A stretch of 63,999 bases of DNA, filler included, from Stramenopiles sp. TOSAG23-2 (GCA_900128395.1; 3 parts of 3 records of this genome joined end to end with filler, not necessarily neighbours in it), one strand, 5' to 3'; shown: positions 35,601 to 47,205, counted from the whole stretch's first letter. Program-made: numbers and translations. Notes: generated by a model not told the origin, from the letters alone.

Positions 35601-37319
35601 AAACGTCAAAGTATCTATGGAGATGGCGACGATGATGAAGAAGACGTCGATCCAACTGAACCAGAAGTTATAGTAGAACTGGCATTTCAAAATAAAAAAA
35701 TAGCCACTAATGTATCGAATAGCTGCGCACCAACGTTTTATCAATCTTTGACTTTGCCATTTTCTCCAACTACGACTGGTGGTAGTACTACAGCTTTATC
35801 GCCAGATAATCTTTTAATGGAAAAGGATGAATTGGTCATATCATTATTTGATATTACACGACACCATCAATTGGATTATTCAAGTTCAAAAAGAAGCACA
35901 AGCAATGAAATTAAGTGTAAGCGTTTCTTAGGAAAGTTTTCGATACCGTTTACTACAATATACTCGGAAAAGCGAGTGGATGGAATGTTTCGTATTAACG
36001 CTCCTATGGTTAGCTTAGGTTACAATTACAGCGATGACGCGGACAGTGTAATGGATGGAGAAGCTAAAAACTTAACTAAGAATTTAAAAAAAAAAGCAGA
36101 TGAAGCAACCTATGTAACAGTTATGGCAACATTAGAAAATCTTCTGGTCCCACCAGATAAACCGACATATGAAATTAGAGGTGGGGAAATTCAAAAGGTG
36201 CAAAAAAATGCGATCAAAATGGTGAATAAATATAAACGCAAATACAAAGATCGTGAATATATGATTTTAGCTCCTACACCTGAAGGCACGATGCTTCTCA
36301 TTACACGTTATATTTATCCACAAGCACCGCCAAGATCCCCTTTTCCACCTAAAAAGGAAATGAATTCGATTGAAGAATGTGTTAGATTTGTTTCCTTGAT
36401 ACCATTTTTAGATGATTTTAAAATAGGCCAAACCAAAGAGGCGTGGAACCCATCGCATGATTTTTTACAACTTCGAGCCGGGGATGAGGAAGAACATGCC
36501 ATTTTACTATGCAATTACTTTAATTACTTAGACGTGAAAAAAGACAATGGCTACACGTCATATATTGTGATTGGAAGAGGTATTCCAGAAGGTAAAACTG
36601 TTTATGTGATGAGGCAAAACAAACGCATGAATAAAGATGTTACCTTTTGGAATCCTTGCACCGGAGATGGTTTTCTTGCGGAGGACGATTTGTGTACTTT
36701 GAAAGTTGCAACCATAGTAAATGAGGACAATATTTGGCTAAACATATCTGATGAAGAAAGAATTCATAGATTGAGCTTTGATCTCACTGACAGTAACGTG
36801 TGGAAACCATTTTTTAACAGCAAAAGTTTTTCTAAGAATGATCTGGGAACCAATTTGGGAACTAACCAAATAGCGGAATTAAATTATAAGGAACCTGATA
36901 TGGAATTTCTGGAAGCAGTAGAAAGGCAAATCACTAGGACTTTAGAAGATGAATTTAGAGACTGGCGAAGTAAAAGAAAGTTTTCAACCACGCCGCAAAA
37001 TATTGTGAAAAAAGAATTGGGTGATACGCTAATACAGCTGGAATATGAAGCGAACGCATTGGAATTAAAAGATTATCCATTTAGCCGTTTTGAGCATCGG
37101 CGAGCGATGGAAAAATTTGGTGCACAATATAAAATATATGGAATTCCACTGAATACCACTTTTACGGACGTTCGAACTGTAGTTGACATGGTTGAGGCGT
37201 GCGATTTCCATGAAAATTCTATAAAAGGTGTAAAATTTGCCATTTCTGTAAAATGTTTTGCTTATCCGAACGATGTGATTAGTGTATGGGTGTATGTTGC
37301 AACATTAGAGCCTAGGTAG
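32646..37319 (+). CDS. CC2D2A: ciliary transition-zone protein CC2D2A/MKS6, intronless
   Basis: FKEHPKFSHED, LDPNEP, RRKLRP, C2 domain, RFVSLIPF, GDEEEHAILLCNYF, YPNDVISVWVYVA. Confidence 0.93.
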   Translation: MAEESEEPLLNGSSGRRGRSRKSGSDALRKIKERKKRNSRFEGPKPIVEDNRRSRSPRSRSPRSKSPRSRSKSPRRDDDGNVSDAGSEVSSAGSDVSITGVFKRHEVIERGVKGEHDLLLGAKESREVRKIELYESNPEAQRDHKENLGNPNGQYVPKRTNAPSWNLAALARRLKNEANADMEYRGLTPEVTIDIDVLRKNRDKLRDDPSTTEMTAIRTGDPMNEHFNIDGHRVRILPDPVTNLRFAPVLPDDDEVIDPKFRAVRRRALIDSSGKLRDRPPVFLDVVIKKLVFKEHPKFSHEDYLNATLLANYSDYYRHLKGGYDVHTLTRLNAGYTALETLFNDVQTHNLHDHAHGKNLIDTTVEVVDFLSNTIDHRRAGAENTYRVYKAWEALWKHRKKEFKQSDKSQLYGNTSSIIELKPTESNIKNFKKVLKMVKLLEKIIGSMEDAFLKNQYNVHVLAGNLKRLKQEIKDEIDLGDQDNKTLKDNILRLTKQNVQSSEFLKGKARKEKDRNIRNKLMNEVKRRESVKQEKYKAKLVVNGRTIGSTSVRQLMWPQFALNFEYTFHIEVTSRPKTIEIILMKQSENILMPTWDAIATIPVGIPGNDANDVSATGVSPNETFVEFSTTTKHFFDKTESKRGSVPDSIGMINAQRRGTIKNKSFYDMYEERHASGCILCAVNWLASLDVQATTEAGIIVAPLPDKDLGNVKNELIGGEIAQGGHKNKEAQVGVNKYSTQEFRRALQGQSRLDPNEPDRVISDIAKSQDKDVTMPDYKMQADIFQLQKKFPEVDFSTSDSRKYKDSARFELLRMRAEVPHLFTGSAPIPMTDAEIKSDNHWRSMLKPSEKSETFEEELQMADFEEQIILKRQKRIQGFLEKVQMHGKGVKRKKHRHTVEAFVKQTALPYFSGVGLDGIGKLFARRRKLRPQPVSRKPVAKIEKINLYVTVSRARNVPYRYDIKGKNTAPLSPSRSYGAQGNDAVRKRQSIYGDGDDDEEDVDPTEPEVIVELAFQNKKIATNVSNSCAPTFYQSLTLPFSPTTTGGSTTALSPDNLLMEKDELVISLFDITRHHQLDYSSSKRSTSNEIKCKRFLGKFSIPFTTIYSEKRVDGMFRINAPMVSLGYNYSDDADSVMDGEAKNLTKNLKKKADEATYVTVMATLENLLVPPDKPTYEIRGGEIQKVQKNAIKMVNKYKRKYKDREYMILAPTPEGTMLLITRYIYPQAPPRSPFPPKKEMNSIEECVRFVSLIPFLDDFKIGQTKEAWNPSHDFLQLRAGDEEEHAILLCNYFNYLDVKKDNGYTSYIVIGRGIPEGKTVYVMRQNKRMNKDVTFWNPCTGDGFLAEDDLCTLKVATIVNEDNIWLNISDEERIHRLSFDLTDSNVWKPFFNSKSFSKNDLGTNLGTNQIAELNYKEPDMEFLEAVERQITRTLEDEFRDWRSKRKFSTTPQNIVKKELGDTLIQLEYEANALELKDYPFSRFEHRRAMEKFGAQYKIYGIPLNTTFTDVRTVVDMVEACDFHENSIKGVKFAISVKCFAYPNDVISVWVYVATLEPR

Positions 37320-37693
37320 AAAAAAAGTCAGAAATTAATTTTAATAACACAACTCTGAATTTTTTTGGGTGGTAAATTTTAAAACACATGTATATATATA
37401 TATGTGAGATTCTTGTTTTTATTAAAATATTTTACGAAGAGTATATATTATATGTACGAGGGATCGTAATAATATGTGTGTGTGTAAGAGAAATAATACG
37501 TATAATTATATTTATATATATATATATATGATGTCATTAAATATTTACATCATTAAATTTCATTTTATGATATTTTAGTATATCATATATATTCGTATCA
37601 TATAATTATGTGTAAGAGGAAAATTTTTATACCGAGTATATATGGACGAATATTTTTATTTGAAATATTTTAATGATAACTCAAAGTGTCAAA

Positions 37694-40599
37694 TTACACA
37701 TTACAAGAAGTATCTTTCTTGCCAAGATGATCAATTATCTCATCGGTATGAACACCTTTCACAACCTCAACCTCCGACCTTCCATTACTACTTGCTTTTG
37801 CACATGCACAAAGACGTATTGTGTCTGAGTGTTTTCCATCGCAATCCAGTTTTGCTTCTTTGCCTTTCTTTTTATCATTTCCCGCATTTATAAAACAAGT
37901 TCCTTTATACTCTGAAATAATGTTTGAAACAAAAGCTGGTAGATCTTTTCCGGTCATTTTTTCGCATTTTTTACAATCAAAATGTTTTTGTAAAACAGAA
38001 CAGTCATCTATTTTACGAAGCAATGGTTCAAGACAAACACTATCTACCGTATTACAAACCTGTTTGCATGATTGGCCTTGCGTGCCTTTCTGTATCGTAA
38101 ATTTGGCAAAGCTACAAGGGCACAAACGAGCAGTTGAATGATGATGACCAGAACAAGTACCATATTTATCGCTTGGATTATGCAGGCAATGTCCAAAATA
38201 TTGGTCATTTTCAACATCTACGAAAGAAGGTTGATCAGGTCCTTCAACTTCTGCACAGCCATAAATGCAATCAAATGCTACTTTTAAACGCTCGCAAGTA
38301 TCTATAGATTGTAACTTGCTACCGATACAAAATGATTCTTTATATACTTTACCTGCCTCATCATATAGATTTGGCTCTACAGGAACCCTGTTGTTCATAT
38401 CATCGCCTGTGTGCGAAAAAATATTTTGACATGTATCGTCGCACGATTTTCCAACCATTTCGTTCTTAATAGGTGTATACCACCATTCGTTAATATTATT
38501 TGGTAATTTGTTATGAAATACTCCATGTTCTTCCATCTCCCATTTATCTTTATTTGCATTGCATAAATTTGCTCTTTCAACTTTTAATAATTGTTTCATA
38601 TCATCCCAATCTTGTTTCCATTTACATAAGGTATCCCATGAACATGATTTCATTTTATCTTCTTTTATACGATGCTTTTCGCATTTAACCTGTTGAATTA
38701 TCTTCTCTTTTTTATTATTTAAAGCATTTGCAGTACTAGTACCATCCATGTCTGTTTTAAACGTCAGCAAAATGGGTAAATGATCTGAAAGAATTTCTGA
38801 ACAGGCAGATTGCATTGTATGCACATTTACACATTGTCCATATTTTTGTTCAAACTCTCGATTTCCTATGATGTAATCGAGTCTCATCCGTTGAGCATGC
38901 ATATAATCTACTTTCAACATGGTTGGTACAGTGTGGTGAAACATACCAGATTCCACATTGGCTTTTCCAAGAAAATCTATATAACCAAAATTTAAAAGCA
39001 TTTCAATTGGTCCATAATCTATTCTATATTTGTCACGAAAAGTAGTACTTTCTTTCAAAAATTTATTTACCAAACGCTTTTTCGTGTCCTTTGCTGGAAT
39101 TGATAAGATGTGCTTTAAAAGTTTGCTTTGATCGTATGAGGCAGCATCTAACTTGGATAAAGAATTCAAATCACCCATGATCAATAAAGGTTCCTCGCCT
39201 TGGTAGGGATTGATGGAATCGGAGGAACATTGATGATTAATGGGTACTTCACCATGCGTCACGTGTGCATTTATTGGTTGATAATGTAACTCATCACCAT
39301 CACAAATATTGTGATCTAATAAAGTTTTCGCTTGGTCCATATGTTTGTTTCCATTGTATAGTCCCCATCCTTCGTCATCTTTCTTTTCTTTCTGCCTCTC
39401 TTCCTCATTCCAAGTTTGATGCAACACATTAAGTATTGATTTCACATGGGTTTTTTCCATATCCGGTAGAGTAACAGGAACACGTGGTCCATCATAAATT
39501 TTAACATAAATTGTATGAATAGGCATTCTGGCACCTTCGACAACCATCAGCAAAGCTTGAACTTCCAACAATCGTTTTTTGCTCTCCCATGGACTTAAAT
39601 GTGTAACAACAACACGAAATGGTGTTTTTGGGTGGTTAATACGCACATGTAAGAAACCATGGTGAAACGTACCGCCAGTATGGTATGAAAGAATCGTAAT
39701 TGGGTATTGTGACATAATTCCAAGATTATATTCTCCAGTAATCAAAAGCTGATCATATTTGAACCCCCATAACTTTGACATCTCATTCATATATCTCTTA
39801 TCCCAATCATTTAATTCATTTAATGTCAATACATCAATTACATTATTTTTTATATATTCTCCTATCCATTTTTTTCTATGTTCATTTTTAATTCCATCGT
39901 ATACGTTATATTGCATAACTCTTAATGTATTTGGTTGTCGAATATTCTTTATTGAATTTTCATTATTGGGGTCATTCTCCATCATTTTCAATGTTTTTTT
40001 TACATTATCTGTGCATAAATGCAATACCCTTTCTTCCGCTGTCTTTGCATTTTTTGCTGTTGATTTCGCAGCATTGCTTACTTCATCAAATGGAATTGAA
40101 TTTACATTTTTTAACAACAATTGCTTTGCAGATACTTGATTTATATTTTTAATATTTAGTGAAGATAATGGACGATTGCGTTTGCTTGAATCAATACTTT
40201 GGCGTTGTTCCTTTTTTAACATGTGTAGATGGGTCTCGAGCTTATAAAGTTCTTTAGCTATTGCATTATCCCTGGAAAACTTTTTATGACTACGTTTTTT
40301 AGATGATGGATGTTTTACATTGTTTTTATGATGATGAATTTGTATTTTTTTACTATTTTCAATATTGAATTTCTTCTTCACAATCTTCTTGTTATTAATA
40401 GTTTGTAAAAAGTAATTCCAATACATAGAAATATACATGTTATTTTTGATTTATTGGAGGGCAAAAATGTTTTTCCATTGTTTTTTCTATTCATTGTTGA
40501 TCGACCTGCCTGAGGTTTGTGGAGCGAAGCGTATTGTATCAGCCTGAGGTTTTTCGAGTGATTGACCTGCCAGACTGAGTATAAGCTTTTATTGAACAT
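37694..40599 (-). CDS. type II membrane endonuclease/exonuclease/phosphatase-family protein with Ubl-like insert and two Cys-rich modules; probable frameshift near 40407-40411; start uncertain (40599 or 40494)
   Basis: QYNV, LNEL, THLSP, MGDLNS, RLDYI and SDHLP EEP motifs; upstream ORF gives the TM anchor if one T is added to the T5 run. Confidence 0.75.
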
Positions 40600-40963
40600 C
40601 TATATGTATTATTATTATATCATTGCAACCCATTATGTGTTTCATTTGAAGAATTTTTATTATTATTTTTCAAAGTTGTTGAATGAATAAATAATGATGT
40701 GATATTATTGTTTAGCACTTTATTATATTATAATTGAATTAATTAGTCTATGTGGATAAAGAAAAATATAATATTATTTACAATTCATCGATCGATCAGC
40801 ATTTTTTTTTTTTTTTTTATGATTTACATGTACAATTATAATTCTATAACCACAATTGTGTACCCAACGTTCTAATTGTTTAAAACTACTAGCAGTATTA
40901 GCAGATTCGAATAATTTCAATAATATCAAAGGAATATTTTTTTTAAATATTTTAAATTTAATA

Positions 40964-42547
40964 ATGCAAGCAATGATAGAAAAATTTGAAATATTTTCTG
41001 ATGAAATGAGTGAATCAAAATATGTTACATACCTTGTTGGAATTTCCGTATTCCTTGCTCCTGTCTTAATGTACTTGTCTTATGCTAACTTGGCTGCTTT
41101 TGTCTTAGCATCACCACTTTTAATACGCTATTCTGAATGGTGGGTAAAGGAATTGCAAGTTGCCTGGAGTGGATATTTACTTTCGTTAAAAGCAAAAGAG
41201 CATCATAAATATTTGACATCCTCAACAAAAAAGTCTTCATCAAAAATACGAATAACACCACCAATTGTAAAATATACACCACGAGATCTTGGTGACTCCT
41301 TGGCATTTAAACCATTAACCATCTCAAAAAAATTAACTTTGAAAAATCGTATGATCAGAGCTGCAGCTTTTGGTGGGTCAACTGTAAATGATTTGATTGA
41401 TTGTCATCGTGAAGTTGCGAAAGGTGGTGCGTCTATGACAACTATTGCATATGCTTGTGTATCGCCAGATGGAAGAACCTTTAAACAACAACTTTTATTA
41501 AATGAGGAACATGATCCAGATATAAAAAAAAAATTAAAATCAATCGTTAAAAACATTCATGATTGCGATTGCAAAATTTCAATTCAATTGACGCATGGTG
41601 GTGGATTTGCTGATCCTAGTGTATGCCCAAAACGCAGAACTATCGCACCATCTTCTATATTTAATCCAGCAGCAATGAACTGGCCCACGGAAATGACAAT
41701 GGATGATATGAAAAGAGTACAAAATGATTTTATAAATGCTGCTGTTTTATGTAAAAAAGTTGGATTTGATGCTGTTGAATTGCATTGTGGTCATGGTTAT
41801 TTATTATCACAATTTTTATCCCCTTTCACAAACAGAAGGCGAGATTCATTCGGTGGCTCTACTCGTGCAAAAGGGAATATATTGAATCGCTTGAAGTTTC
41901 CATTACGAGTATTGGATGGAATACGTGAGAAGTGTGGTAAAGAGTTTCCTATTTTCGTGAAATTCAATGTACATGATGGTTTTGATCAAGGTATACAGCT
42001 TTTTGATGTGATCACAGCTGCTAAAAAATTTGAAGAACATGGAGCAAATATGTTGATTCCATCAGGTGGATTTGTATCTCGGAATGGGTTATATATGTTG
42101 CGTGGAAATGTCCCTTTATTGCGAATGGCTAAAGCAATGCCAGGTTTGTTGAAGACTGTTGCAACTTTTTTATTCGGTCCTTTATTTGTTCCAACAACTG
42201 TATTTGAAGAATGTTTCTTTAGAAAAGAGGCAAGATTAGTGAAAAACAATGTGAATATTCCTGTATGTTTAATTGGTGGTATTACTAGCCTTCAAACTAT
42301 TGAGGGTGCATTGCGTGAAGAATTTCAATGCGTACAAATGGCAAGAGCTATAATACGGAAACCTGATATTATTAACGATTGGAAAACATTTTTAATGCCA
42401 TCTCGAAGCAAGAATAAACGTGATGACCACCAACATGAGGACGATGGAAAAGAAATTTTAAATAGTCAATGCTCTCATTGCAATATGTGTGTAGTGAGTA
42501 CATTAGATCCAACATTAGGTATGAAATGTGTTGAAAGGAGTTTTTAA
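40964..42547 (+). CDS. NADH:flavin oxidoreductase (Old Yellow Enzyme family) with N-terminal TM region
   Basis: LKNR, QLTHGG, GFDAVELHCGHGYLLSQFLSPFTNRRRDSFGGS, QMARA, CSHCNMC. Confidence 0.9.
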   Translation: MQAMIEKFEIFSDEMSESKYVTYLVGISVFLAPVLMYLSYANLAAFVLASPLLIRYSEWWVKELQVAWSGYLLSLKAKEHHKYLTSSTKKSSSKIRITPPIVKYTPRDLGDSLAFKPLTISKKLTLKNRMIRAAAFGGSTVNDLIDCHREVAKGGASMTTIAYACVSPDGRTFKQQLLLNEEHDPDIKKKLKSIVKNIHDCDCKISIQLTHGGGFADPSVCPKRRTIAPSSIFNPAAMNWPTEMTMDDMKRVQNDFINAAVLCKKVGFDAVELHCGHGYLLSQFLSPFTNRRRDSFGGSTRAKGNILNRLKFPLRVLDGIREKCGKEFPIFVKFNVHDGFDQGIQLFDVITAAKKFEEHGANMLIPSGGFVSRNGLYMLRGNVPLLRMAKAMPGLLKTVATFLFGPLFVPTTVFEECFFRKEARLVKNNVNIPVCLIGGITSLQTIEGALREEFQCVQMARAIIRKPDIINDWKTFLMPSRSKNKRDDHQHEDDGKEILNSQCSHCNMCVVSTLDPTLGMKCVERSF

Positions 42548-43131
42548 AACGGCATGTATTTTATGTATATCATTATATAATACGTACTTTGTGTATGTGC
42601 ATAATATAGAATGTGTAATAAAATGTTATACGACTTTTTGCCTGAATTGTGCAATTCCGAATTTAAGCTCAATATTGAATCTATGTGTGATGATGATATA
42701 GGAGAGAATTTCTGTATAGGTCTACTGTACGTGCGTACCTACTCAGGAAACCCCGCTATAGCAGGCATAGCAGGTAAATACAATGAATGCACCTGAAGAA
42801 TTTAAAAAAATTTCGTATGATAGAGGGTTTATAATCTAAATTATAGTACATCAATTCGTAGTGTGTGTGTAGTGTGGGTTTTTTAGGTGTGTGTGGTGGT
42901 GTGTGGTGGGTTACAAAAAATTGCAGTAGTCTGCGTCGTCAGACTAAAATTGCATCTTCACTCTAACGGCAGAACATATAACATAGGCCTTATAGACCTA
43001 GTAAAAGGGAAATGTAAACACATATAAGCTAAAGAGGAAGATAGACGACATATGTATTCAGACCATTGATAAAAATATGATTGAACAGTTGTATTAAAAT
43101 TATTGATAAAGTAGATAAATAGATATCGATC

Positions 43132-44749
43132 ATGTCCACTGCAGGCATTGAGCTTTCCGTTATAGAAGACGAGGGGGGGGGATATTAAAGTTGTTGACGA
43201 GAACAACGAGACTGATGTACCTAGAAAATCAAAGAGTCTTCAAGCAAGACATAGGATTTCTACGCCGGAAATGTTGGAAAAATTGCATGAACTAATGAAA
43301 CTAAGAATATACCGTGCAAATATGTTGGTTTTGTTCTGTTTACCTTGTGCCATAACTTGTTTCGTTTTAAGTGATTTTGTATTCAAAGGCAAAAACATGT
43401 TTATCAAATATTTGACATACATTTTTGGTTTTGCTGGATTCGTTGGTTATTTTGCATTAGCATACCGAAATTCCAGTTTCGTTATTTTTAAGCGTTTAAT
43501 GTATCAAGTCAATGTTTGCCTTATAATAATATATTCAATATGCAATCTTTTGATAGATATTTTCGTACCACATTCGGGATCTTCGTTTATTTATGGAACT
43601 TTATACTTTTTGCTGATCTTTGCATATTTATTTTTTGATTGTATTGAAATAAAATCAAGAAAACTAGTTTTGTTTTCCGGATTTCTTTTCACCATTTTGA
43701 GTCTATACAACTTGTATCAAAATTTAATTGGTGGATCTGATATCGGTGTAGTATTGATTACTATTTCTGGTAATATTATTTATAAACGAACAATAAAATC
43801 GTTTTTATTTATGTCCATTTCAATGTTGGCATGGAGAGGTGTTTGGATCTTAATTCGTGACACGAAGATGAAAAATTTTATGTTTATCTATGCTAATTAT
43901 TTAGCAATAAAAATTGACCCAATAACAGAATCTCAGAGAACTATCAGAACAGATATTTCTGTTGATATCAGATTGCAAAAGCGGGTAAAGATTGGTGGGT
44001 GGATATTGATAACAGCTAGTTGCATTGGGGTTCCATCTTTCGCTATTAATACTCTTGCTTATGATACACATAGCATGGTTCTTTTTGTGATTACCCTGAC
44101 ATGTAGTGTATTTGCTATAATTGGTGCAATCATGCATGCTGTTGGGAATTTATCATTAATTGCACTGAAAATTTTACTGTGGCGACCATCAATTTTGTTT
44201 TTAATATTTTTTTGTATTTTAAATTTGGTGATAGATTGTACTTATCCATACAATGCATATAGCCCAATTAATGGTTGCTTATATATGATAGCAGTATTTA
44301 TTGTAGTCAGTCTAGACCTAATGGAATACAAACAAAGAGCAATTGTAATTTTATTATCTAGTTTGTTATTTTTATTATCGACAGTAAATATTATTAACCA
44401 TACATTTATACCGGATGAGGATGGAAAACAAGAAGTCAATGTATTTGGTCGTACATTTTTAAAAGCTAATATCAAAAGAACAATTTTTAAACAAATATTA
44501 ACATTGAGTCTTAGAGGATTTTATGTATTATGTCTAGATAAAAAGATGAAATATCTAGCCTTTGGTTCAAAACGTATGAACCGAAGTACAGGCACTAGTC
44601 GCAATAGTGTTGTGAGAGTATCGTTTCAAAAAAACCGTAGTAATGAAGTACGAGCACGTTTGAGGGTGTTAAGTGATGATAATAGCAATGCAGTAAGGAG
44701 TAACAATAAGAATCGAAATACGTGGGCAAATAGCAATACAAATACGTAG
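43132..44749 (+). CDS. multi-pass membrane protein with two-fold internal repeat; probable extra G in the run at 43173-43181
   Basis: ORF 43271-44749 is open upstream to the G9 run; ATG 43132 is in frame if one G is removed; the two halves align. Confidence 0.7.
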
Positions 44750-45136
44750 TGAAGATGATGCAAAGACACCCAGTCAAAAAAACTTACTTATGGAAGATGG
44801 GAATGGAAAATTTTACAAATCTTAATATATCACTAAAAAATACGAATCGTTCGTACGAAAATATATTTTTTTAATAAATTGTACGAAGTCGATGATATCA
44901 TATGATATACATATATACAAAATAAAATGTGTGTCTTTTTTTATAATAATTTACGCATAATTTATTTATTGTTTTTATAATAAAAATATTATCAATATAA
45001 ATATTTTAAATAAATCATAATATACGAGTATTTGTATTCGTATATGATACGAAGTACACGAGTATATTTTCGTATAATTTTCTCTTTACTCATTATTAAT
45101 ATATATACTCGATACGTACGACGTAATAAAAAATTT

Positions 45137-46573
45137 TTACCCACTACTCTTCCACGCTCGTATATAATCAATTTCATATGGATTTTTTTCAATAAAATGA
45201 TCTGGAATTTCATTTGTAAACCAATCTTCCATTGTTTCACGGTCAAAATCGACACCAATCTCTTGAGCAAAACAATTTGCTGGATAACTAATTATCTCAA
45301 CATCATCCATATAAAAAACTACAGTTGTAGTATTCCACAACAAGCCAGCTACATGAAATTCATCATCAAATTTAAATTTAGTTCCCATGTCTGTACAACC
45401 ACCATTTGTACAGTGTGGTGTTGTTCCATGTTGAACTTGACATTTACATTTTGATGCAATTTCTGTCATATTCATGTTTGGCAATTTAAAGATATGAGTA
45501 TGACTACAAAATTCATGAGTAGACATGTTACAATGAGTAGCAGACCGATTTTCACCCATTGATTCATACACATCAATTTCTGTCCAAGATGTTCCGTCAT
45601 TTTGATGAAACCAGAAGGATGATGATATTGATGATGAACCTGAACGACTTCGTACTTCAAAATATCCTTTAGATGTTCTATCAATGGAGTGTATAGCTGA
45701 TGTTGTAAAATTGTCATAACCTTTTGGCCAGGATGAATTTCGCTTTGCAGCTTTTGCATACATTGTAAGAAATCCATTCTCAACTTCAACATTTGATGGT
45801 AAAAATAGTCCAGGTGGTCTACCGTACCATCCTAAATCTTTATATGATGTGCTCCACTTGGTATAATTTAATTTATCACCAGAAAATTCATCTGTTAAAG
45901 GCTCATATGGTATCCAATTTCCGTTATTGTTTGGATCTGAAAATGGAAGAAGGATTGATGGAGGTGGTAATTTCTGTGGATCTTTCATACAATCTCTATC
46001 ACTAAAGCAGACTTTATTAAATGGTCCACCGCGTACTGCATATGGTGGCACTGTTCCGTGTTTCCCCCACATTTTTTCCCATACTTTATCAGCTGTTTCT
46101 TTTGATTTAGGTAAGTTGTCGATAAATTCATCAGCGCCTTCTTTGCCACCAAATAAATAAATATCTATCTCACCAGTGTTATTATTTTTAACAACGCGCC
46201 AATATTTTGATGGGTTGGAGGATGGACCTAGTTTTTTTCTTGTCCATGTATTGTTTTTATTTTTCCATATACCATAGGAACAAAAACCACCATACTTCGG
46301 CGCATACGTAAATGGTGAATTTTCAAATGCAATAACATTATTTTCTGAAATAAATCTAAATTCAGCTTCAAATCTTTCAGTACCATCAATATCTAAAGAT
46401 GTGTAATTAGTGGCAAAATCTTCACTACCAATTTGACAATTATTATTAATTGCACATTCAATAATATCGTATCCACCAACTGCTGGTGTGTTTGCTTGTA
46501 TTATTGGTAAGAATATGGCTACAAATAGATATAAAATATGTGGCAACACGATGATTGTAAATGGTTTCCTCAT
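45137..46573 (-). CDS. secreted YHS-like domain plus GH16 glycoside hydrolase fusion
   Basis: signal peptide MRKPF..QA; GGYD..YAPKYGGFCSYG; DEFSG, GRPPGLF, SSSFW, EIDVYE catalytic motif, YEIDYIRAW. Confidence 0.85.
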   Translation of the reverse strand: MRKPFTIIVLPHILYLFVAIFLPIIQANTPAVGGYDIIECAINNNCQIGSEDFATNYTSLDIDGTERFEAEFRFISENNVIAFENSPFTYAPKYGGFCSYGIWKNKNNTWTRKKLGPSSNPSKYWRVVKNNNTGEIDIYLFGGKEGADEFIDNLPKSKETADKVWEKMWGKHGTVPPYAVRGGPFNKVCFSDRDCMKDPQKLPPPSILLPFSDPNNNGNWIPYEPLTDEFSGDKLNYTKWSTSYKDLGWYGRPPGLFLPSNVEVENGFLTMYAKAAKRNSSWPKGYDNFTTSAIHSIDRTSKGYFEVRSRSGSSSISSSFWFHQNDGTSWTEIDVYESMGENRSATHCNMSTHEFCSHTHIFKLPNMNMTEIASKCKCQVQHGTTPHCTNGGCTDMGTKFKFDDEFHVAGLLWNTTTVVFYMDDVEIISYPANCFAQEIGVDFDRETMEDWFTNEIPDHFIEKNPYEIDYIRAWKSSG

Positions 46574-46964
46574 ACTTTCGTATGTATTATACCTTTTCCG
46601 TTTTATTTCATTTTGTATATTTTTCTTACCATCACCTCTTCTCTCTCTCTCTCTGTCCTTCATCAATATATCTTTTTTTGTTATTATTATCATTATATTT
46701 AGCAAGGTGCTTTTTTAGTTATCGTCGGTATAATAATACTTCTGGAACCATCATCATAGATCTTCCAGGTCCAACAAAGCTATACAGTACGTTTTTCCCA
46801 AGGAAGACGAAAGAAAGAAATCAATATATATATGTATAGGGATAAAAAAAGAAAAGATAAGAAATACTATTAGATGTTGGATTTTATGTGAAAAAATAAA
46901 AAAGAAAGAAATCAATATATATATATGTATGTATAGGGAGAAAAAAAAAAAAAGAAAACATAAT

Positions 46965-47105
46965 ATGTCTAAATCTAATTCCTCATTGGACCCAATTTGG
47001 TTTCAATATTTTATAAATGATACACCATTCCCGGTAACATATGAAGCCATATTTGAACAAGCATATAAAACTGGAATATTATATCTTATTGTAGCTGCCA
47101 TTTGG
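46965..47105 (+). CDS. 5' fragment of a gene cut by the contig end
   Basis: MSKSNSSLDPIWFQ.. runs open into the linker. Confidence 0.45.
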
Positions 47106-47205
47106 NNNNNNNNNNNNNNNNNNNNNNNNNNNNNNNNNNNNNNNNNNNNTTAATTAATTAANNNNNNNNNNNNNNNNNNNNNNNNNNNNNNNNNNNNNNN
47201 NNNNN
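47106..47205. other. artificial contig linker
   Basis: N44-TTAATTAATTAA-N44. Confidence 0.97.
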
